Shown here: positions 16,390 through 23,799 of the stretch, in pieces | Layout: every line of letters starts with the position of its first letter | Numbering within the stretch: the stretch's first letter is position 1 | From: Eubacteriales bacterium | Lineage (GTDB): Bacteria > Bacillota > Clostridia > Lachnospirales > Lachnospiraceae | Assembly (NCBI GenBank): GCA_030536755.1 | Contig: JAUNPJ010000007.1 | Span: 2,115-66,114, forward strand | DNA: 64,000 bases | Direction: 5' to 3' | The notes under the pieces: model-generated | Databases searched by the model: none | What the model was told of the DNA's origin: nothing | The model's input: only the letters and a program-made list of their open reading frames with translations | Made by a program: the position numbers and the translations under genes

Positions 16390-19300
16390 TTATTCCACGC
16401 TCTTTAAGCTCTCCACCATGTCAATTTTTTTCAGTTTAAAATGCATCATCCCATTGACGAAAGCTGAGAAACCTGCAGTAAAAACAGCGCTGATACAGTA
16501 GCTGACTATCGTGATGACACGTCCGAACATAATCGTGTCCGTCTCCACCGTCACGATGATAAACCGATGAAGAACCGTTCCAAGTCCAATTCCGAGAATG
16601 ACACCGAAAATTGTCAGCAGTACATTTTCCCGGAAAACATAAGCCGATACTTCTGCGTCATAAAATCCAAGAACCTTGAGTGTTGCCAGCTCCCGCCTTC
16701 GCTCTGTGATGCTGATGTTATTCAGGTTATACAAAACGACAAAGGCCAGAAGTCCTGCCGAAGCGATCAGCACGACAATGACCATATCCAGCGTTTTGAG
16801 CATATCGTCGAGCTGGGCACGGATAGCACTGGTATAGCTGATACTGAGTGCGGCTTCGTTCTGGAGGATTTCCTCTCCAACTGTCTGTTCCTGCTCTTTA
16901 TACTCTTCTGTGATGGTAAAAAGGATGTCCTGATATTGTGGCTGTACACCAAAACATTGTTCATACAATTTCGGTGTCATATAGATATAGTGATGCATAT
17001 AATTTTCACAAACAGCAGCGATTGTCACCGTTCTGCCCTTCTTATCACCTTCCTTGAGTACAATCTCATCACCAGCCTGAACCTCCAGCAAACTGGCAAT
17101 TTTCTCGGTAATAATCACACCACCATCTTCCATCGTAAACGTTTCCTGTGTGATCCGGTCACGAAGCGTCACAAAATCACGAAAAGCTTCTGTATTCTCC
17201 GGCACGTACAGGTATGCATCCTGTTTCTTCTCACCGTTCTTTACTTCCATCTTGTGGAAGTATACCGGCGTATATGCCTGCACCCCTTCCATCTGCTCCA
17301 TCGACTCCTTCAACTGCTTTTTCTCACTTCCGCTGGCATCTTCATCCGCCAGTACAAGGCCATCATAGCGTTGAATATCTCCATACTGGAGATTTCCGAT
17401 ATCCATGATGGAATCCCGGATTCCAAATCCCACGATCAGAAGTGCCATACAGCCGCCGATTCCGAATACCGTCATCAGAAAACGTTTTTTGTAGCGAACC
17501 AGATTTCGAATGGTCGATTTCCAGGTAAAGCTTAACGGTTTCCACAAAAACGGAATGTGCTCCAACAGTACGCGCTTTCCTGCTTTCGGAGCAGGAGGAC
17601 GCATCAGCGCTGCCGGTGTATCCAGAAGTTCCCTAAAACACGATGCAATCGTTGCAGCCATCGTACAGAAAAGAGCTGCTCCCGATGCCAGAAGCGCATA
17701 CTTTGTCTCATAAGGAATGACGACATCCGGCATATGAATATACAAAATCTTATACGCAATTACAATGATATAAGGAATCAGTTTCTCACCCACCAAAATA
17801 CCAAGAATGCTTCCTCCAATCGTTGCAAATGCAGCATACAGAATATATTTGGCGGCAATACTCGCCTTGCTGTAACCAAGCGCCTTCATCGTGCCGATCT
17901 GTGTTCTTTGTTCCTCCACCATTCTTGTCATTGTCGTCAGACTGATCAGTGCAGCCACCAAGAAAAACAATACTGGAAAGACTTTTCCAATATTATGGAT
18001 ACGCTGGGCATTGTCGCCGTAACCCGTGTACTCCGGCAAGTCATCTCTTGTCGAGATCATCCATTCGGGATCCTTAAGATCTTCAAGCTCCTGTCTGGCA
18101 TCCGCAAGTTTTCGCTCTCCATCTGCGATTTCTTCCTCTGCATCGGCCTTTCCGTCCTCATATTCTTTCCAGCCGTCTTTTAGTTCTTTGCGTCCTTTTT
18201 TGAGATCTTTTGCTGCCTGTTTCAGCTTTTCTTCATTTTCTTCAATCTCTTTTTCTGCATCCTCCAGCTTTTTCTCATTTTCTGCAATTTCTCTGGCGGC
18301 ATCATTGAGTGTCATCTGACTCGACAGAATTTCACTCCATCCACGGTTGATCTGTGCCTGTCCATTGTCAATCTGGCTCTGGGCATCGTTAATCTCCTGC
18401 TGTTTCTTCTCCAGTTCCTGTCTTGCATGAGCAAGCTCTGTCTGCCCTGCATCCAGTTTTGCCTGATTGGTGTTGATTTCCTCCTGGCTGTCGTTCAGTT
18501 TTTGTCTGTTTGCATCAATCTGCGCCTGCCCTGCGTCAATCTGCTGCTGATAAGGCGCAAACTGTGCCTGAATGGCTGCGATCATACTTTCATCTGTCAC
18601 GCCGTTTAAGGCCTCATTGATCTGCTGCTGAAGGTCGGCACTTTGTTGGTTTAGTTCCTCCTGTTTCTCTTCGAGCTGTGCTCTCCCGCTGTCGAGTTCC
18701 TGCTGCGCATCCGCAAGCTTCTGTACAGATGCATCCAGCTCAGATTGTTTCTCATTGAGCTGAAGAATCCCCTCATTGAGCTGCATCTGTCCATCGTTCA
18801 ATTCCCGCTGAGAGTCATCCAGTTTCTCCTGCTGCGCATTCAGCTCATCTCTGGCGCTGTTCAGCTGCGAAAGTCCATCCTCGTACTCTGCCTTTCCATC
18901 GGAAAGCTGTTTTTTTCCGTCCGCAACTTCCTGTCTGGCATCGGCCAGCTTCTGTTTGCCATCGTCGTATTCCTGCTGCCCCTCTTCGAGTTCTTTCTCC
19001 GCATCCTCCAGCTTCTGTCTGGCATCGGCAAGTTCCTCTTCTGCCTCCTGTTTACCATCCGCAAGTTCTTTTTCCGCATCTGCAATTTTCTCATTCGCTT
19101 CTTCCATGACTTCATCGTAGCGAAGCTGACACTGTACATCCTGAATGCCTTCCAGGCGTTCTTCGATCTGTGCAACCAAATGGTCATACGCATCGGAATA
19201 GCTTTCCATCTCTCTTGCACCTTCAGCCTCCATGTAAATCTCGGTATAGACATCGGACTCAAAGCTTTCCTCTGTCACATACGCAAATGCATCGACTTCG

Positions 19301-19860
19301 CCGGAACCAAGCGTGCTGTTGCCTCTATCGAACGATATGTACATAGGCGAAGAAGCCGTTCCCACAATCTCAAATTTCTTTGTGCGAAGCATCCCGTCTC
19401 CGTCTTCCTTCCACACCAGTGTATCTCCAATCTGATGATCATGCTCTTTCATATAATCTTCATCGATGACACACTCTCCCTTTTTCTTCGGAAGGCGTCC
19501 CTCGGATACTTCCAGTGCATTGAGTGAATCCGTCAAGCTTTCCACATGAAGAACCGTCTGCACATCTTCCTCACTGCATAAAACATCTGTGAAATATGCA
19601 GGTTCCGCGAGACTGACGTCTTCCAATGCTTCGATTGCCTCCACATCCTCATCAGTCAGTCCCATTGTACTGATGACTTTCAAATCCATCAGTTTGTATC
19701 TGTCGTAATAGGCATCGGCCGAATAGCGCATATCCGGTGCGGATGCCTGTATTCCTGAATAAAAAGCTACCCCCAGCGCCACAATAAAAAAGATAGAAAT
19801 AAAACGGGTGAAGCTTTTTCTGATTTCCATAAGAAAATCTTTTCTGAGTGCTTTTTTCAT
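16390..19860 (-). CDS. MacB/FtsX-type ABC transporter permease (two FtsX modules) with a ~350-aa coiled-coil insert in the first extracytoplasmic domain
   Basis: N-terminal TM (FISIFFIVALGVAFYSGI) and two FtsX-like 3-TM blocks. A long heptad, low-complexity segment reads ADAEKELADGKQEAEEELADARQKLEDAEKELEEGQQEY... Confidence 0.8.
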   Translation of the reverse strand: MKKALRKDFLMEIRKSFTRFISIFFIVALGVAFYSGIQASAPDMRYSADAYYDRYKLMDLKVISTMGLTDEDVEAIEALEDVSLAEPAYFTDVLCSEEDVQTVLHVESLTDSLNALEVSEGRLPKKKGECVIDEDYMKEHDHQIGDTLVWKEDGDGMLRTKKFEIVGTASSPMYISFDRGNSTLGSGEVDAFAYVTEESFESDVYTEIYMEAEGAREMESYSDAYDHLVAQIEERLEGIQDVQCQLRYDEVMEEANEKIADAEKELADGKQEAEEELADARQKLEDAEKELEEGQQEYDDGKQKLADARQEVADGKKQLSDGKAEYEDGLSQLNSARDELNAQQEKLDDSQRELNDGQMQLNEGILQLNEKQSELDASVQKLADAQQELDSGRAQLEEKQEELNQQSADLQQQINEALNGVTDESMIAAIQAQFAPYQQQIDAGQAQIDANRQKLNDSQEEINTNQAKLDAGQTELAHARQELEKKQQEINDAQSQIDNGQAQINRGWSEILSSQMTLNDAAREIAENEKKLEDAEKEIEENEEKLKQAAKDLKKGRKELKDGWKEYEDGKADAEEEIADGERKLADARQELEDLKDPEWMISTRDDLPEYTGYGDNAQRIHNIGKVFPVLFFLVAALISLTTMTRMVEEQRTQIGTMKALGYSKASIAAKYILYAAFATIGGSILGILVGEKLIPYIIVIAYKILYIHMPDVVIPYETKYALLASGAALFCTMAATIASCFRELLDTPAALMRPPAPKAGKRVLLEHIPFLWKPLSFTWKSTIRNLVRYKKRFLMTVFGIGGCMALLIVGFGIRDSIMDIGNLQYGDIQRYDGLVLADEDASGSEKKQLKESMEQMEGVQAYTPVYFHKMEVKNGEKKQDAYLYVPENTEAFRDFVTLRDRITQETFTMEDGGVIITEKIASLLEVQAGDEIVLKEGDKKGRTVTIAAVCENYMHHYIYMTPKLYEQCFGVQPQYQDILFTITEEYKEQEQTVGEEILQNEAALSISYTSAIRAQLDDMLKTLDMVIVVLIASAGLLAFVVLYNLNNISITERRRELATLKVLGFYDAEVSAYVFRENVLLTIFGVILGIGLGTVLHRFIIVTVETDTIMFGRVITIVSYCISAVFTAGFSAFVNGMMHFKLKKIDMVESLKSVE

Positions 19861-19868
19861 ACACATCC

Positions 19869-20585
19869 CTACCATTCTATCTGTTCTACCGGCATTGGAT
19901 GCTCATTCATATGCATGGAAGATACTTTTCCATTTTTAATCTTGATCACCCGGTCTGCCATCGGTGTCAACGCCGAGTTGTGTGTGATGACTATAACAGT
20001 CATCCCTCTTTGGCGGCACATATCCTGAAGCAATTTCAGAATTGCCTTTCCTGTCTGATAATCGAGCGCACCGGTAGGCTCATCACACAGCAAAAGCTTT
20101 GGATTTTTCGCCAGTGCTCTGGCAATCGACACGCGCTGCTGCTCGCCTCCAGACAATTGCGCCGGAAAATTTCCCAGACGATCCGACAATCCCACATCAC
20201 GCATCACCGTCTCCGCATCCAGCGGATTTTTGCAGATCTGCAGTGCCAATTCCACGTTTTCCAGAGCCGTCAGATTTGGTACAAGATTATAAAACTGAAA
20301 CACAAACCCAATGTCTTCTCTTCGGTATGCCGTCAGCTGTTTTTGCGAAAAACGTGCAATGTCTTTTCCGTCCACCCATGCAGAACCGCTGGTGGCCGTA
20401 TCCATTCCTCCCAAAATATTAAGAACGGTTGTCTTGCCGGCTCCACTCGGACCGACAATCACCACAAATTCTCCCTTATCAATGGAAAAATCGATTCCAT
20501 CCACCGCCTTGATCTGCACTTCCCCTTTGCCATATATCTTTGTGATACCTTCCAGCTTCACAAAATCTTTTGTCCCATCCACCAT
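19869..20585 (-). CDS. ABC transporter ATP-binding protein (MacB/LolD-like)
   Basis: Walker [10 protein letters not shown], signature LSGGEQQR, Walker [21 protein letters not shown] precedes the ATG at 20585. Confidence 0.9.
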   Translation of the reverse strand: MVDGTKDFVKLEGITKIYGKGEVQIKAVDGIDFSIDKGEFVVIVGPSGAGKTTVLNILGGMDTATSGSAWVDGKDIARFSQKQLTAYRREDIGFVFQFYNLVPNLTALENVELALQICKNPLDAETVMRDVGLSDRLGNFPAQLSGGEQQRVSIARALAKNPKLLLCDEPTGALDYQTGKAILKLLQDMCRQRGMTVIVITHNSALTPMADRVIKIKNGKVSSMHMNEHPMPVEQIEW

Positions 20586-20622
20586 AGCAACACTCCTGTT
20601 TATTGTCAGTTTTCTTATCACA

Positions 20623-20651
20623 ATTATACTGAAATTCAAAAAAATTGACAA
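20623..20651 (-). promoter_or_regulatory. Sigma-A-type promoter candidate for the ABC operon
   Basis: Sense strand reads TTGTCA, 17 nt, TATAAT. Confidence 0.5.
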
Positions 20652-20674
20652 TACACAATCTTGTGAAAATAAAA

Positions 20675-20878
20675 TCACAACTTGTTGAGCTCTTTTTTTC
20701 GTTTTGTCATCAATCCACCGATACGGCCTGTTTCTTTCGCGGACAGGCTCTTCCATCCTTTCTGTAAAACCTGATCCAGCAGCCCCAGTTCCTCCGCTAT
20801 TTCATATTTCAGTTGTTCCTGCGGTGTCAACTGATGAAGTTTAAGCTTCTCCAGCTCTTTTTTCTTACTTTTTCCCAT
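20675..20878 (-). CDS. Alpha/beta-type small acid-soluble spore protein
   Basis: 67 aa with KYEIAEELGL and GRIGGLMTKR motifs. GGAGG RBS. Confidence 0.8.
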   Translation of the reverse strand: MGKSKKKELEKLKLHQLTPQEQLKYEIAEELGLLDQVLQKGWKSLSAKETGRIGGLMTKRKKELNKL

Positions 20879-20909
20879 ATCATACTCCTCCATATCAAAT
20901 GATTACCAA

Positions 20910-20938
20910 GAGTATGAACCTTTTTTTCAAATCTATAC
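20910..20938 (-). promoter_or_regulatory. Forespore (sigma-G-type) promoter candidate for the SASP gene
   Basis: Sense strand reads GTATA, 17 nt, CATACTC, about 30 nt upstream of the ATG. Confidence 0.55.
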
Positions 20939-20990
20939 ACAAAAGACCTGACAAAAGGACGGATTCCTGTCTTTACCTATCCTTAACCTG

Positions 20991-21575
20991 TGCACCATTT
21001 TCCTGGTCAACGGAACACTTCCAAACGGCAAGGTTTGGCTTGAGGACTTCCGAACAGCCATTTGCGCAGGGGAGACTTTCCACATCAAGTGCAGGTTTGT
21101 CTGCTTGTTCCGGCAGACAAACCTGCACTTTGATTCCGGAAGGTGATGGTTCTGTGCAAATTGGCTGTTCTACACGAATGGCAGTTGCCTTTACAGGTGC
21201 TACGTGGGCGAAGCGGCCAAAAAATTTTGTGTTATTTATAGTAAGGCTGGAAAATATCACAAAGTATAGAAAAAAGTAGGAGTTTTCCGCATGACCGTGC
21301 TCGTCCGGGAGGGATACCACCGCACAGGCATTTGGAGAAATTTTCGCAGATTTTTCGAGCATAGCGATTGCTCGCGACGCACTGTTTGAGCACTGTGTGC
21401 GAGTTTGCGTCAAGAGCAATCCATAAGCGGCGCAGAAAAAGCAAGAAAATCGACATGCCTGTGCGGTGATATCCCTCCCGGGCGAGTGGCGGTCATGTGA
21501 AAAACTCCGAAAGAAAATGACCCGAAAACTATGCCATTGGGAAGTGTTCCGTTGACCAGGAAAGTGGTGCACATA
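20991..21575. other. 585-bp non-coding element built of nested inverted repeats (candidate large structured RNA, inverton, or palindromic mobile DNA)
   Basis: Outer arms 20991-21032 / 21534-21575. Inner helices 21054-21070/21155-21172, 21091-21106/21115-21130, 21281-21333/21457-21510, 21368-21375/21416-21423 and 21378-21383/21408-21413. No credible CDS. Confidence 0.6.
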
Positions 21576-21591
21576 CAGCACATACAATTCC

Positions 21592-21620
21592 GGCCAGAGA
21601 GTTTTGCTCCCTGGCCGGTC
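21592..21620 (-). terminator. Hairpin downstream of the PspC-domain gene (poor U-tract)
   Basis: CCGGCCAG (21592-21599) pairs with CTGGCCGG (21613-21620), 4 nt after the stop codon. Confidence 0.4.
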
Positions 21621-21624
21621 GTCT

Positions 21625-21810
21625 TTAGCTTGGAATAATGATAGCAGCGATGATATAGGCGATGATGCCCGTTCCCAGACTGGCACAGGTGAGAAGTACC
21701 CACACTAACCGCACCAGCGTCGGATCTACATTAAAATATTCTGCAATGCCTCCGCACACACCACAAACCATAGAATTCACAGATGACTTGTATAATCTTT
21801 TATCGCTCAT
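21625..21810 (-). CDS. PspC-domain membrane protein
   Basis: 61 aa (LYKSSVNSMVCGVCGGIAEYFNVDPTLVRLVWVLL). AAGGAGGA RBS. Confidence 0.85.
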   Translation of the reverse strand: MSDKRLYKSSVNSMVCGVCGGIAEYFNVDPTLVRLVWVLLTCASLGTGIIAYIIAAIIIPS

Positions 21811-21825
21811 AAGAAATCCTCCTTA

Positions 21826-22683
21826 CTACTGTTCAAAACTCAATTGTATCTCACCGATTCCGCAGGAAATTTCAATCTCACGGTTCTGCCCGTTGTTGAT
21901 AGTCTTATCAAATGCAACGCCGCCGTATTCTTCGTTTCCAATCTTCACACTTCCGATGCCGCATTCCAGATCATAGTTAAAGTCCTGCTGATTTCCGGCA
22001 ATTTTTGCCTCGATGCTTCCTGTTCCACAGTCAAAATCCAAATTACGGCTCTCAATGCGTCCGAGAACCATCTCCCCCGCACCGACTTCCCAACTGGATT
22101 CTGTCGCCTCAATTCCCTCTGCATGGAATGCGCCTGCGCCAAGCTCTGCGTCAAATTCATCTGCTTTGATACTTCCTTTGACTGTTGTTTCGCCGCCTCC
22201 CATCGAGATACTGATTTCCCGGAAATTCATGTTTTCCGGATAATATACCGTAACACTTCCTTTGTGATTGCGAAAATCGTTATATATTTCAAGTTCATCG
22301 CCTCTCTGTCTTACCGTCGTTTCTTTGCCGTCGCTGCCATTGACTGACACGTTCAGTTTTCCATCTGTTGACGGTTCGAAATACAGCCCGCCGCTTTGCA
22401 TATCAACCTCAATCTTCTGCACGCTTGAATATAATGCAGCATTAGAGGTCTTGTCTTCCGGAGTGGAAGATGCTTTGTTCGATGATGAAGAATCATCCGA
22501 TTTCTCCGTCATATAAATTCCATAAGCTCCATCAGAACCGCCAATCGAATAATCTCCGTTGTCAATACTTTCCTTCAATCCCTGCCAGGTTCCCCCCAGA
22601 GCCAGACCGCCAATGAACACACCAAGACCAAACACCAGACATACCAACGCAGAAATCAACGCAATTTTTGTAAATTTCTTCAT
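21826..22683 (-). CDS. DUF4097 (LiaG-like beta-helical putative adhesin) membrane-anchored protein
   Basis: N-terminal TM followed by repetitive beta-strand modules (GSVTVYYPEN, SMGGGETTVKG, ELGAGAFHAEG, DCGTGSIEAK, ECGIGSVKIG, SCGIGEIQL). Confidence 0.7.
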   Translation of the reverse strand: MKKFTKIALISALVCLVFGLGVFIGGLALGGTWQGLKESIDNGDYSIGGSDGAYGIYMTEKSDDSSSSNKASSTPEDKTSNAALYSSVQKIEVDMQSGGLYFEPSTDGKLNVSVNGSDGKETTVRQRGDELEIYNDFRNHKGSVTVYYPENMNFREISISMGGGETTVKGSIKADEFDAELGAGAFHAEGIEATESSWEVGAGEMVLGRIESRNLDFDCGTGSIEAKIAGNQQDFNYDLECGIGSVKIGNEEYGGVAFDKTINNGQNREIEISCGIGEIQLSFEQ

Positions 22684-23402
22684 ACAGACACTCCTTCCTT
22701 CTTTCCGGTTCTATGCAAAAGCTTCTGACATACTTCTGCAATCTTTCTGACAAACCATGGCAGAAACTTCACAGCAATCCACACAAACAACAGAGTGAGC
22801 AGTACACCAAGTGCTGCCATAACAAACCCTCCTGCTGCTGCCAAAAGTCCTACACCTGGGTTGGAAAAGCATTTGATCATTCCCATTACAACCACCGCGA
22901 TGCCTCCAATGACAAAAGCGGCTCCGCAGATGCCTGCCGCAAATACAACTGCAACGATTGCAATAATAATTCCAAGTGCCGCCCCCAGAATTCCAATCAA
23001 AATCGGGCCCCACAACCAGCAGGAAAGCACCAGAATAATCAGGATTAAAATCAGATTTCCCTTATTATTCCTTTTTGCAGGAGGCTGATAGCCCCTCTGT
23101 GCACGGCTCTGGCTTCCGCCGCCATATTCATAAACTTCCGGCATCTCTGTTTTCTGTTGACGACTGTCCTGATAACCCTGCTCTGTATACTCTGCATATT
23201 CCTCTGCACTGCCCGCCAGATCTGCCTTGATAATCGCCGCTATCTTTCCCGGACTGCCCAGTTCCTGAATCACTTTTGACTCATTCTCTGCACCCGCATC
23301 ATCAAAGTAACTGTTATAATACTCAAGCGCTTCCTGCCGTTCACTCTCCGAGATATCGCGCAGCAGATGCTCCAATTGCCTCATAAACTCTGCTCGATTC
23401 AT
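22680..23402 (-). CDS. DUF1700 (HAAS-type) membrane protein, partner of the PadR regulator
   Basis: N-terminus MNRAEFMRQLEHLLRDISESERQEALEYYNSYFDDAG with C-terminal multi-TM glycine-rich helices. Confidence 0.7.
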   Translation of the reverse strand: MNRAEFMRQLEHLLRDISESERQEALEYYNSYFDDAGAENESKVIQELGSPGKIAAIIKADLAGSAEEYAEYTEQGYQDSRQQKTEMPEVYEYGGGSQSRAQRGYQPPAKRNNKGNLILILIILVLSCWLWGPILIGILGAALGIIIAIVAVVFAAGICGAAFVIGGIAVVVMGMIKCFSNPGVGLLAAAGGFVMAALGVLLTLLFVWIAVKFLPWFVRKIAEVCQKLLHRTGKKEGVSV

Positions 23403-23404
23403 AC

Positions 23405-23722
23405 TTATATCCCCCCTTCAAAAAGTTTTGTGATCTTTGATGTATAGTTTTTCCATTCGACTTTGTATAAATTCAGCTGTGCTGCTCCTTTGTCTGTCAA
23501 TTTATAATATCTGCGGTTTCTCCCTCCGTATTCCATATCGTAAACTTCCAGGCAATCATCTTTCTGCAGCCTTCGCAGTACCGGATACAAAGTCGATTCT
23601 GATATTTGAAGCACCTGCCTGACATCCTGCGTGATCTTGTATCCATAAGTTCCTTCTTTTTCCTTAGATACAACTGCCAGAACGATTGCATCCAGCAGGG
23701 CTGCGCCTGTATTAAAAATCAT
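23405..23722 (-). CDS. PadR family transcriptional regulator
   Basis: 105-aa winged HTH (GYKITQDV...STLYPVLRRLQKDDCLE...RRYYKLTDKG). Confidence 0.9.
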   Translation of the reverse strand: MIFNTGAALLDAIVLAVVSKEKEGTYGYKITQDVRQVLQISESTLYPVLRRLQKDDCLEVYDMEYGGRNRRYYKLTDKGAAQLNLYKVEWKNYTSKITKLFEGGI

Positions 23723-23770
23723 TGATCCACTCCTTTATTAGATTTTGTGTAATATTATTTCTTTATTAAT

Positions 23771-23799
23771 ACTATATATCATATAATATTATTTGTCAA
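23771..23799 (-). promoter_or_regulatory. Sigma-A promoter of the padR operon, bracketed by two ATAATATTAT palindromes
   Basis: Sense strand reads TTGACA, 17 nt, TATAGT. Identical 10-bp palindromes lie at 23783-23792 and 23801-23810. Confidence 0.6.

Noticed and set aside
21273-21391. 32-codon ORF (MTVLVREGYHRTGIWRNFRRFFEHSDCSRRTV) behind an AGGAG at 21280 inside the palindromic element
   Set aside because: The RBS and the ORF both lie within the arms of long helices. There is no supporting conservation, so it is too speculative to annotate.
20983-21583. Target-site duplication flanking the 585-bp element (a simple MITE interpretation)
   Set aside because: The flanks CCTTAACC (left) and TACAGCAC (right) share no direct repeat of any length from 2 to 9 bp. 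Unlike the mini-MITEs, this element shows no transposition signature.
20973-21686. 237-codon minus-strand ORF spanning the orphan palindromic element
   Set aside because: Its start would lie inside the pspC-domain gene and there is no RBS. The composition is not protein-like. The palindromic nature of the DNA produces a mirror ORF on the plus strand (20899-21279). The open frame is noted as slightly surprising but is not called as a gene.
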